NCBI GenBank assembly: GCA_021372535.1
Contig: JAJFUH010000107.1
Coordinates: forward strand, 5,768 to 69,767
Source of the DNA: a bacterium
GTDB lineage: Bacteria > Latescibacterota > Latescibacteria > Latescibacterales > Latescibacteraceae
Direction: 5' to 3'
Length of the DNA: 64,000 nt
The translations under genes were made by a program, and so were the position numbers. Within the stretch, counting starts at the first letter, position 1, and each line of letters opens with the position of its first letter. The notes below the pieces were generated by a model. It made no database searches, was not told the origin of the DNA, and saw only the letters and a program-made list of their open reading frames with translations. Below are positions 50,306 to 59,821 of this stretch, in pieces.

Positions 50306-53300
50306 ATGACTGCAAAAAAACAAGGCAAAGCGAAAAAATTCGAAACTGCGCTCGCTTCCATGTTCACCGACATCACCGATGGCAGGCTGGCCAAAGAAAC
50401 ACTGCGGGAGAGCGTGGAAATCTATCGATCCATTCTCAAAGCCTCTCCCGATGCCATAACGACCACCGATCTTGATGGTCACATCCTCATGGTTTCGCCC
50501 GCGGCATTGACTATGTTCGGTTACGAACGAGAGGATGAGCTGGCAGGGCATTTGGTTACCGATTTTATCTTCCCCGAGGATCGGGATAAAGCATTATCAA
50601 ATATTGCCCTTATGTTACAGGGTATCATGACGGGGCCGGGTGAATACCGTGGATTGCGTGCTGATGGAAGCACCTTTGAAATAGAGGCAAACGGAGAGTT
50701 AATCCGGGGCGCTGACGGGCAACCTACCAACATAATTTTCGTTATCCGTGACATCACCGGCCGTAAACGTGCAGAAAAGGAGTTGCGGAAGAGCGAGGAA
50801 TTGTTTAAGTCGATGGTGCACAATAGTGATGACTTGACGATTCTGACTGACGATAAAGGCATCGTGATCTATCTCAGTCCTCAGTGTGAAAGCATTCTCG
50901 GATACCCGAGCGACAAATTCATTGGGCAAACCATGCCGGACATTATTTATCCTGACGATTTCGCCAAATGTCAACTTGCATGGGAACAAGTTTTCCACCA
51001 CGGGCAAGAACTGCGCGATTTTGAATATCGTATTATTGATGGTAAACAAGAAGTGCGGTGGATTTCTCATTCAGCAAGACTGGTCAAGGTGGATGGCAAG
51101 GTTTTGGGCATGCAGAACACCATCCGCAACATCACCAAACGTAAACAGGGGATGAGAGCGCTCAGGGAAAGTGAGGAGCGGCACCGGACCATACTCCAGA
51201 CGGCCATGGACGGTTTCTGGCTGGTAGACATGCAGGGACGCCTGCTGGAAGTTAATGATGCCTATTGCCGGATGAGCGGCTATAGCGAGCAGGAACTGCT
51301 GGCCATGAGCATTCCCGATCTTGAAGTCACTGAATCGGCCGCCGACACAGCCGCCCACATCCAAAAGATCATAGCACAGGGCGAGGATCGTTTTGAGTCC
51401 CGGCACCGCCGCAAGGACAGGAGCATTTTTACCGTCGAGATAAGCGTCAAGTACCGACCTGTCAAAGGGGGGTTGTTTGCGGGTTTTATGCGCGACATCA
51501 CCGAGCGCAAGCGCTTAGAGGATGTGCTGCGGATGAGCGAGGAGAAATACCGCAGCCTGGTAGACAACTCCAACGAATCCATACTGGTGGCTCAGGACGG
51601 TCTGCTCAAATTTGTCAATAACAGAACTTCAGAGCTGACCGGCTATTCGGAGCAAGAACTAACTGCTATGCCGTTTTCTGAATTCATCCACCCGGATGAT
51701 CGGGACATGGTGGTTGGAAATTACTTAAGTAGAATCAAAGGAGAAGCCCTTCAGCCCAAGTATGAGTTCAGAATTACTACTCGTGATGGTGTTGTCAAAT
51801 GGGTAGAGATCAACGCCGTCATGATTGAGTGGGAAAGTAAACCGGCTACACTGAATTTTATCAGCGATGTCTCCGAACGCAAACGAACCGAGGAGGCGCT
51901 GCGTGAAAGTGAAGATAAATATCGTACCATTGTGGAACAGTCGGTTATGGGGATAGGGATATCGAAAGGAAATCAGATCATATTTGCCAATAAGGCTTTA
52001 TTACGAATGTTAAATTACGATGATCTTGAGGAATTTAAAAAAATACCTTTATTAGACCACGTTGCCCCATCTTCGCGTCAATTAATCACTGAACGGATGA
52101 CGATGATAGCTGAAGGGGAAATCCCTCCACCGGAATATGAATACGATATAATATCTAAGGGAGGGCTGATCAGGACGTTTCTCGCTTCCAACATTCGTTT
52201 ATCATTAGGAAAAGAGTTTTATATTCAATCAACTTTCCAGGACATTACAGAGCGCAAGCGAGCGGAGGAGGCTCGTGAACGTACCCATAATGAAATGGAG
52301 AATCTCCTTAACAATTTAACCGATGCTATTTTTTCGGTGGATGCTGTTAAAAATACAATGATGATTGTTTCACCCGCACACCAGACAGTGTTTGGCTACC
52401 CGCCATCAGAATTTTTTAAAAATCCGCAATTATGGTACGAACAAGTTATCCCGGAAGATAAACCAATCATAGATGCGGGTTATCCGGTTTTATTTGCAGG
52501 TAATAATCTTCAGCATCAGGTCAGGATAGTTCATCCCGATGGGCAAATACGATGGATTGAAGCAAGATTGAGACCGACACTGGATATTGAAGGAAAACTT
52601 GTTCGGGTAGATGGGATTGTTGCCGACATTACCGAGCGCAAACGGATAGAGGAGGCGCTGCGGGCGAGCGAAGAACGCTTCAGAAAAGTCTTTGAAAGGG
52701 CTCACCTGGGCATTGTCATCACCTCGCCATCATTTAAATTTGAGAAAGTTAATCCGGCTTTTTGCCGCTTAATGGGATACTCGGCGGATGAACTCATTTC
52801 CATGACATTCGCAGATATAACACACCCGGATTACCTCAAGAAGGATATGGAGAATGTAAAGAAAGTCGGACGGGGCGAAATACCCTTCTATCAAACCGAG
52901 AAGCGATATATCAAAAAGAACGGCGATGTACTATGGGGTAACCTTATCGTTTCGAGTATCCGCGATGAGCACGGCGCGTTGCAATATTATCTTTCCATGG
53001 TAAATGACATTACCGAACGCAAGATAGCGGAAGAGGCGCTGCGCGAAGTGAATCAACGCTTTGAAGCCCATATATCCAACTCCCCCCTCGCTGTTATCGA
53101 GTTCGACCCCCAATTTCGTGTCGTCAAGTGGTCTGGCGCGGCAGAACGAATATTCGGCTGGAGTCAGGATGAAATCCTCGGCAAAGCAATTACTGAAATG
53201 CCCTGGGTCTTCGAGGAGGACATGGAATCAGTACAACAAGTGTCTGAAGACATGCTTACCGCCCGGCGTCCAAGTAACCTGAACATCAACCGCAATTACA

Positions 53301-56300
53301 CAAAAAACGGATCGATTATTCAATGCGAATGGTATAACTCTGCTATCTATGATGAGCAGGGACAAATGAGATCAATCTTATCACTCGTACTGGACATCAC
53401 CGAACGAAAATGGGCAGAACGTCGTCAATTACTTTCGGCTGAAATCCTGGGGATTCTTAATGAGGATATTGCCTTCTCTGATGCTGTTAAAAATATTCTC
53501 ATCGCAATCAAACAGGAAACGGGATTCGATGCGGTTGGGATTCGCCTTCGAACCGGCGATGACTTTCCGTATTTTGTCCAGAACGGTTTTTCCGAGGATT
53601 TTCTGCGCACGGAGAATACACTCATTGTCCGTGAAAAAGGTGGCGATGTCTGCAGGGATGAAAACGGCAACATTTCCCTCGAATGCACCTGCGGGCTGGT
53701 ACTTTCCGGGAAAACCGATCCGTCAAATCCTCTTTGTACACCGGGGGGAAGTTTCTGGACAAACGATTCGATTCCTCTCTTAGACCTTATGGCCGACCAG
53801 GATCCGAGGCTTCATCCGCGGAACCGCTGCATACATGAAGGCTTCCAGTCCGTTGCGCTGATTCCCATCCGCGTGAAAGAGGAGATTGTTGGTCTGCTGC
53901 AGCTCAATGATCGTAAAAAAGGGCGCTTAACGCTCGACAGGATTCGCTTTTTTGAGGGGATCAGCGAAAGCATTGGCATAGCGATTATGCGCAAACAGTC
54001 TGAAGATGCGCTGCGGGAGAGCGAGGAGCGATTAAGGCTGGCGCAGAAAGCCACCAACGATGTGATATGGGATTGGAATATTGTCAATGATCAACAGATG
54101 TGGAATGAATCGGGTGCTGTCGTTTTCGGCTGGACAGATATAGTAACAGTTCCGCAAACCGCTGCCTGGTGGGTTGAGAAAGTGCATCCAGAAGATCGTC
54201 AGCGAGTCGATGATGGATTTTTCACCGTAATAAATAATCCAACCGAATCCCGCTGGCAAGATGAATACCGGTTTTTAAAGTCCGATGGAAGCTACGCCCA
54301 TGTGGTGGACAGAGGGTATGTTATTCGGGATACTCAAGGCAAGGCTGTCCGCATGATCGGCGCCATGCTTGACATCACCGAGCGGAAGAAAGCTGAAGAG
54401 TTGCTTTTTCTTTCAAAGCAAAAGTTGGAACAACACGTTAAGCAGACACTGTTCGCTGTCATCGAATGGGACATCGATTTCAGAGTCAGAGAATGGAATA
54501 CCGCAGCCCAACAGATTTTCGGTTATACAAAAGAAGAAGCTCTGGGACAGCATGCCAGCTTCATTATTTCCGAATCCGCAAGAGAACATGTGGATGCTGT
54601 ATGGCAGGCACTTCTGGTTCAAAAGGGCGGTCGCAGGTCGATGAACATGAACATCCGAAAAGACAGCCAGATTATTTCCTGCGATTGGTTCAATACTCCT
54701 TTGACGGATACTCAGGGAAAGACTACAGGTGTAATTTCACTCGCCATGGATGTTACCGCAAAAATACAAGCTGAGGATGCGTTGAAAAAGAGTGAGATAC
54801 GATATCATGAACTGTTTAGCAATATAAGCAGCGGAGTTGCTATATATGAAGCGCGAGATAATGGGAACGATTTTATTTTCAAGGACATGAACAAAGCCGG
54901 CGAACGAATAGATAACGACCGGAGGGAAAATGTTTTAGATAAGAGCGTTTTAGAGGTACGGCCGGGGATTAATGAATTTGGGCTGCTCGATGTATTTAAA
55001 CGAGTATGGAAAACCGGTATTCCCGAATATTTACCCGTGAGTCTATACCATGATGAGCGGTTGACAAAATGGTATGAAAATTTTGTCTATAAGCTTCCTA
55101 CCGGTGAAATAGTAGCAGTCTACGATGATGTGACCGAGCGTAAAAAGTCTGAAGATGCGCTGCGGGAGAGCGAGGAGCGCTTTCAGCAGCTGTTCGATCA
55201 TATGGCAGATGGAGTTGCCGTCTATCAGGCGGTGGATGAGGGTCAGGATTTTGTCATTGTGGACATCAACAAAACGGGACAATCCCTCAGCCATGTTCGC
55301 CTGGACGAGGCGGTTGGCCGACGGGTCACCGAGGTCTTTCCGGGAGTGGAGCGGATAGGGCTTCTGGACGTATTCCGTCGCGTCTGGCGAACCGGCAGGC
55401 CAGAGCATCATCCGCTCACGGAGTACAAGGATGGCCGCATCAAGGAGTGGGTGGAGAACTATGTATATAAGCTTCCTTCGGGATTGATCGTCGCGATTTA
55501 TGAAGACACTTCCGAGAAGCATCGGGCGGAGGAGTTACTCAGGGAAAGCGAGGAACGGCTTGATTCGATAGTGCGTACAATCCCTGACATCATTTATCGA
55601 CTCGATTCTGAAGGGAAAATTGTATTTGTAAATAGTGCAGTAGAACAGTACGGTTATACAACTGATGAGTTAATCGGCAGAGATATACTTGATTTTGTAT
55701 GTCCCCGTGATAGGGAAAAGGCTTCATACAGACTTAATGAGAGAAGAACTGGTGACAGGCATACGAAATCTTTCGAGATACGGTTGATGCGTAAGGATCA
55801 GGTCTGTATAGAATTTGATATAAAATCAGATATAGTTTCCAGCATGCCGGTATTTAGTGTTGATGCCGAAGGGATCTATATAGCCCAGGGGACCAAAAAT
55901 CAGGTGTTTTTGGGTACACAGGGAATCGCCCGCGACATCACCGACCGTAAGCATTACGAGGAGGAAAAGGCTAAACTCGAAGCCCAACTCGCCCATGCCC
56001 AGAAGATGGAGTCGATTGGCTTGCTGGCCGGCGGTATCGCCCACGACTTCAACAATATTCTCTCGATCATTCTCGGATTCGCCCAGATCGCAAAAGAGGA
56101 CACTATACCTCCCGGCAGTTCCATCATCGAATCTCTCGATGAAATCGAAAAGGCGGGATTACGGGCAAGCGATCTTGTCAAACAGATACTGGCTTTCAGC
56201 CGGAAATCCCAGACCGAGCGTCAGCCGTTCAAGGTCGGCCTCGTTATCAAGGAATGCATAAAAATGCTCAGGGCTTCCCTGCCTTCTACCATCGATATCA

Positions 56301-57127
56301 AGTACACAGATACATCATCGTCCGATCTGATTCTCGCCGGGCCCGCTCAGATAGAACAGATCGTCATGAATCTCAGTACAAACGCCAGCCATGCAATGCG
56401 CGATAAAGGTGGAGTGTTAAAGGTTACCCTGGAAGACGTTGTCTTCGATACCAATAACATAACATTGTATCCCGGCCTTGTCCCCGGTGAATATTCAAAA
56501 ATCACGTTCTCGGATACCGGATACGGTATGGACCCCCAAATACTGCCCCATGTGTTCGAGCCGTACTTCACAACGAAGAAAAAAGGCGAAGGAACCGGTT
56601 TGGGACTGTCGGTGGTTTATGGAATCGTGAAAAGCCTGGGAGGGAATATCAGCGTATCGAGCACGATTGGCGTCGGAACAACATTCGAGATTCTGATTCC
56701 GAAGTACCTGAAGAAAGAAATTACGACAGAGGAAAAGCCTGCCTTGTTCAAAGGAGGAAGGGAAAGTATACTAGTGGTTGATGATGAATCGCAGATTGTC
56801 GATATTGAAATGAAGATGTTGAAAAATCTCGGGTATTACGTCACCGGATTTACGAAAAGCGAAGATGCGCTCGGTTTCTTCACCGCCAATTCCGGTTCAT
56901 TCGATGTTGTGATCACCGACCAGACGATGCCGATGATGACGGGTGACGAATTAGCCGCAGAGCTGTTAACGATTTGTCCTGATCTTCCAATAATTCTTTG
57001 TACGGGGCACAGCGATCGTATCGATGAAAAATATATCAGTAAAATCGGTATAAAGGCGCTGTTGTTCAAGCCGGTTACCGTCGCCAATCTGGCTAAGACC
57101 ATCAGAAAGGTTCTGGATGATGAATAA
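50306..57127 (+). CDS. Giant (2273 aa) multi-PAS/GAF hybrid sensor histidine kinase with a C-terminal receiver domain
   Basis: At least 12 PAS/PAC modules are separated by conserved ITERK(R/K)AEEALRESEER linkers, and there is a GAF-like segment. The HisKA H-box (GIAHDFNNILSII) is followed by HATPase_c boxes (GTGLGLSVVYGIV) and a C-terminal REC domain (ILVVDDE...DQTMPMMTGDE). Confidence 0.85.
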   Translation: MTAKKQGKAKKFETALASMFTDITDGRLAKETLRESVEIYRSILKASPDAITTTDLDGHILMVSPAALTMFGYEREDELAGHLVTDFIFPEDRDKALSNIALMLQGIMTGPGEYRGLRADGSTFEIEANGELIRGADGQPTNIIFVIRDITGRKRAEKELRKSEELFKSMVHNSDDLTILTDDKGIVIYLSPQCESILGYPSDKFIGQTMPDIIYPDDFAKCQLAWEQVFHHGQELRDFEYRIIDGKQEVRWISHSARLVKVDGKVLGMQNTIRNITKRKQGMRALRESEERHRTILQTAMDGFWLVDMQGRLLEVNDAYCRMSGYSEQELLAMSIPDLEVTESAADTAAHIQKIIAQGEDRFESRHRRKDRSIFTVEISVKYRPVKGGLFAGFMRDITERKRLEDVLRMSEEKYRSLVDNSNESILVAQDGLLKFVNNRTSELTGYSEQELTAMPFSEFIHPDDRDMVVGNYLSRIKGEALQPKYEFRITTRDGVVKWVEINAVMIEWESKPATLNFISDVSERKRTEEALRESEDKYRTIVEQSVMGIGISKGNQIIFANKALLRMLNYDDLEEFKKIPLLDHVAPSSRQLITERMTMIAEGEIPPPEYEYDIISKGGLIRTFLASNIRLSLGKEFYIQSTFQDITERKRAEEARERTHNEMENLLNNLTDAIFSVDAVKNTMMIVSPAHQTVFGYPPSEFFKNPQLWYEQVIPEDKPIIDAGYPVLFAGNNLQHQVRIVHPDGQIRWIEARLRPTLDIEGKLVRVDGIVADITERKRIEEALRASEERFRKVFERAHLGIVITSPSFKFEKVNPAFCRLMGYSADELISMTFADITHPDYLKKDMENVKKVGRGEIPFYQTEKRYIKKNGDVLWGNLIVSSIRDEHGALQYYLSMVNDITERKIAEEALREVNQRFEAHISNSPLAVIEFDPQFRVVKWSGAAERIFGWSQDEILGKAITEMPWVFEEDMESVQQVSEDMLTARRPSNLNINRNYTKNGSIIQCEWYNSAIYDEQGQMRSILSLVLDITERKWAERRQLLSAEILGILNEDIAFSDAVKNILIAIKQETGFDAVGIRLRTGDDFPYFVQNGFSEDFLRTENTLIVREKGGDVCRDENGNISLECTCGLVLSGKTDPSNPLCTPGGSFWTNDSIPLLDLMADQDPRLHPRNRCIHEGFQSVALIPIRVKEEIVGLLQLNDRKKGRLTLDRIRFFEGISESIGIAIMRKQSEDALRESEERLRLAQKATNDVIWDWNIVNDQQMWNESGAVVFGWTDIVTVPQTAAWWVEKVHPEDRQRVDDGFFTVINNPTESRWQDEYRFLKSDGSYAHVVDRGYVIRDTQGKAVRMIGAMLDITERKKAEELLFLSKQKLEQHVKQTLFAVIEWDIDFRVREWNTAAQQIFGYTKEEALGQHASFIISESAREHVDAVWQALLVQKGGRRSMNMNIRKDSQIISCDWFNTPLTDTQGKTTGVISLAMDVTAKIQAEDALKKSEIRYHELFSNISSGVAIYEARDNGNDFIFKDMNKAGERIDNDRRENVLDKSVLEVRPGINEFGLLDVFKRVWKTGIPEYLPVSLYHDERLTKWYENFVYKLPTGEIVAVYDDVTERKKSEDALRESEERFQQLFDHMADGVAVYQAVDEGQDFVIVDINKTGQSLSHVRLDEAVGRRVTEVFPGVERIGLLDVFRRVWRTGRPEHHPLTEYKDGRIKEWVENYVYKLPSGLIVAIYEDTSEKHRAEELLRESEERLDSIVRTIPDIIYRLDSEGKIVFVNSAVEQYGYTTDELIGRDILDFVCPRDREKASYRLNERRTGDRHTKSFEIRLMRKDQVCIEFDIKSDIVSSMPVFSVDAEGIYIAQGTKNQVFLGTQGIARDITDRKHYEEEKAKLEAQLAHAQKMESIGLLAGGIAHDFNNILSIILGFAQIAKEDTIPPGSSIIESLDEIEKAGLRASDLVKQILAFSRKSQTERQPFKVGLVIKECIKMLRASLPSTIDIKYTDTSSSDLILAGPAQIEQIVMNLSTNASHAMRDKGGVLKVTLEDVVFDTNNITLYPGLVPGEYSKITFSDTGYGMDPQILPHVFEPYFTTKKKGEGTGLGLSVVYGIVKSLGGNISVSSTIGVGTTFEILIPKYLKKEITTEEKPALFKGGRESILVVDDESQIVDIEMKMLKNLGYYVTGFTKSEDALGFFTANSGSFDVVITDQTMPMMTGDELAAELLTICPDLPIILCTGHSDRIDEKYISKIGIKALLFKPVTVANLAKTIRKVLDDE

Positions 57128-58529
57128 AGCAGTGAAAAACGATATTCCAAAAGCCGGTATATTGATTATCGACGATGACAAGGCTTTCTGCAAGATGCTG
57201 TCGGTGAAGCTGAAATCGTCAGGGTATGGTACAGTTTCCGTTCAAACTATCGCGGAAGGGCTGCGGACTGTTACAGAAGGTGCGTTCGATGTCGTGTATC
57301 TCGACGTCAATCTTCCCGACGGGAACGGACTCGATCTGCTGCCCCGATTGCGGAGCATCGAATCATCGCCCGAGGTTATCATTATCACGGGAGCGGGAAA
57401 ACCCGATGGCGCGGAGCTGGCCATAAAGTGCGGCGCGTGGGATTATATCCAGAAAGGTTCCACACTGAACTCGATGATACTTCCCCTCATCCGTGCACTC
57501 GATTACAGGAAAGAAAAGAAAAAGTCATCGATTCCAATCTGCCTTGAGCGTTCCCATATTATCGGAGACAGTGAAGCGATCAATGTCAGCCTCGACAGGA
57601 TTGCGAAAGCGGCGAACAGCGATACCAATGTCCTGATAACCGGCGAGACAGGCGTGGGGAAAGAACTCTTCGCTCAGGCCATTCACAAGAACAGCCGTCG
57701 CAGCGAAAATAATTTCGTTGTAGTCGACTGCGCATCGCTTCCTGAAACCCTTATAGAGAGCATCCTTTTCGGACATAAAAAAGGCGCATTCACCGGAGCG
57801 CACGAGAATCAGAGCGGACTTGTCAAACAAGCCGATGGCGGTACTCTGTTTCTCGATGAAATAGGCGAACTTCCCCTCTCTATTCAGAAAAGTTTTCTCA
57901 GAGTCCTTGAAGACCATTCGTTCATGCCGATAGGCAGCAGCAATCATATAATAAGTGACTTCAGGCTTATCGCGGCTACGAACCGGAACCTCGAAGAAAT
58001 GGTAAGGAGCGACATGTTCAGAGAGGATCTGCTTTACCGGATCAGAGCGTTCGTTATTGAAATCCCGCCACTGAGAGAGAGAAAAAGCGATATTATCAAT
58101 ATATGCTTTCACTATACCCGAAAGATTTGTGAACAATCAGGGATCGATATAAAAGGTTTTTCCCCCGAGTTTTTCGAGATTCTCATGTCATACGACTGGC
58201 CGGGCAATGTCCGCGAGCTGGTCCATATGATCGAAACGGCTATCACCGCCGCCCAGACCGAACCGATACTCCATACCTGGCACCTTCCAGTTGCCCTGCG
58301 GGCACAAATCGCCAGCGATTCCATGAAACATTCCGGAAAAACGGTATCACCTGAAACGTCTGTATCCGGGGATTTCCCGCCCATGAGAGAAGTTCTCGAA
58401 TTAACCGAAAAACAGTATATCCAGAATCTTCTTCGATTTACCCGGGGGAACAGGACGGTGGCATGCAGAATATCGGGTCTTTCACGAACCAGCCTTTTTA
58501 TCCGTATGAAGCACCACAATATCACCTGA
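57117..58529 (+). CDS. Sigma54-dependent NtrC-family response regulator (REC + AAA+ sigma54-activation + Fis-type HTH)
   Basis: It has the REC motif (ILIIDDD...DVNLPDGNG), the Walker A motif GETGVGKE, the sigma54-interaction signature ESILFGHKKGAFTGA and a C-terminal HTH. It overlaps the kinase stop by 11 nt. Confidence 0.85.
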   Translation: MMNKAVKNDIPKAGILIIDDDKAFCKMLSVKLKSSGYGTVSVQTIAEGLRTVTEGAFDVVYLDVNLPDGNGLDLLPRLRSIESSPEVIIITGAGKPDGAELAIKCGAWDYIQKGSTLNSMILPLIRALDYRKEKKKSSIPICLERSHIIGDSEAINVSLDRIAKAANSDTNVLITGETGVGKELFAQAIHKNSRRSENNFVVVDCASLPETLIESILFGHKKGAFTGAHENQSGLVKQADGGTLFLDEIGELPLSIQKSFLRVLEDHSFMPIGSSNHIISDFRLIAATNRNLEEMVRSDMFREDLLYRIRAFVIEIPPLRERKSDIINICFHYTRKICEQSGIDIKGFSPEFFEILMSYDWPGNVRELVHMIETAITAAQTEPILHTWHLPVALRAQIASDSMKHSGKTVSPETSVSGDFPPMREVLELTEKQYIQNLLRFTRGNRTVACRISGLSRTSLFIRMKHHNIT

Positions 58530-58927
58530 TCTTCCCGATAACCATCTCTTCATTTTTTTTAAAATACTCCCCGGTATTACGTATTGTGAACAGTGTTCCG
58601 AATACAGAACATGTCCGCCCTCCTGAATACGAACAGACCCAACATCGATATAACTTCTTGTTATACCGTATTTTACTTTGCCAGTTGTATTGATCCGATA
58701 TGGGTTCATTAGCACACATTTTTAAGGACCTTTATGACAGTTTATGTCAGAAATGTTTTGGTAAAAAATCGTTATATATTATTTTATCATAAATTTATGT
58801 TTGTACTGATTTTCAGACTATTTGTTACTATTTTTCGATGAATTGTAGAATTTGTGTAAATAATGGGAATGCATATGGTTACGCTGATTTTATTAAAAAA
58901 GAATAACTTATGAATATTTTAGTGTTT

Positions 58928-58972
58928 CTGCTTGACATACAGGAGGTCACTGGTTCAATTCCAACAGGTAAT
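58928..58972 (+). repeat. Degenerate tRNA 3'-half-like fragment (a decayed additional att copy?)
   Basis: The sequence TTGACATACAGGAGGTCACTGGTTCAATTCCAACAGG resembles the TGAC...AGGAGGTC...GGTTCAAT(C/T)CC... 3' half of tRNA-Ala. Its T-stem complementarity is broken. Confidence 0.35.
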
Positions 58973-59011
58973 AACTCAGGAGTATTAAGAGATTGCGATA
59001 TATTTTAATCT

Positions 59012-59167
59012 CTCTTCGAGTGTGCCAGTTTGTGCCAGAAATGGTGTGAAATAGAAGAAATTGTGGGAATGGTGAACTTTTTAAGGAATTTTTATAAATG
59101 CAGAGGCCATGACGTATTAGGTTTATTATTAGTGATTTGCGATGGTTGCTGAATCATTGCTCAATTG
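59012..59167 (+). repeat. Conserved AT-rich island-end sequence, copy B. It is homologous to 18271..18405.
   Basis: See copy A. It shares the conserved cores cagtttgtg..agaaatggt and ttataa(g/a)tgcagaggccatg. Both copies end ...tg immediately before the tRNA-derived TGACT. Confidence 0.8.
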
Positions 59168-59215
59168 TGACTGGCAGTCAGGAGGTCGCGAGTTCGATCC
59201 TCGCTAGCTCCACCA
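59168..59215 (+). repeat. Direct repeat of the tRNA-Ala 3' half (from the anticodon stem to CCA), with T-arm compensatory differences. It is a candidate attR.
   Basis: TGACTGGCAGTCAGGAGGTCGCGAGTTCGATCCTCGCTAGCTCCACCA compares with intact 45600–45647 TGACTGGCAGTCAGGAGGTCGTCGGTTCAATCCCGACTAGCTCCACCA. It starts at the same anticodon-stem position as the tRNA-Gln repeat. Confidence 0.85.
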
Positions 59216-59821
59216 AATTTCGTTTTTCACGGAAATCGTCTTTTCGCTGTATCTTCTTTTAATCCCCTGCCTCCCGATATTTCTAATAATATTAAAGGAT
59301 TCCTTGAGTTTATAAATAAACTCCCCATCTTTCCAGATCAGGTTCGAAAATACGATCTTTATTATTGCTTCGGTGGTTAAACAGTGACATAAGATTGTGT
59401 CATGTCGAACTTGTTTCGGCATCTATTCCAAATATCAGTATCATTATTTATTCGCCGGAGCAGTAATTTGCGTTTTTCTTCAGCATTCCGGCTCCAATGC
59501 GAGGGGATCAATCTCATTTTCCCGGAATATTTGATATTATGTATCGTGAACCATCCCTTTACATACCGGCATTATGCCTCACCAATTTTCCCGGTGATTT
59601 CCATCCGTGGACTCCTATAAAGGGGGAATATCGAAAGCTTGTTTAAATCAAGGAAGGGAGCGTAGAAAAGGATACGGAGTAGGCAACCGGAAAGCCAACA
59701 AATCTGATTATCTATCTATGGGATGTATAATGGGTATTTCGGTATTCAGGCAACAGCAGATCAAATCATATAAAAAAATAAACACATCCAAAGCTCTTAA
59801 GCCGCACACTTTTTCTGATTC

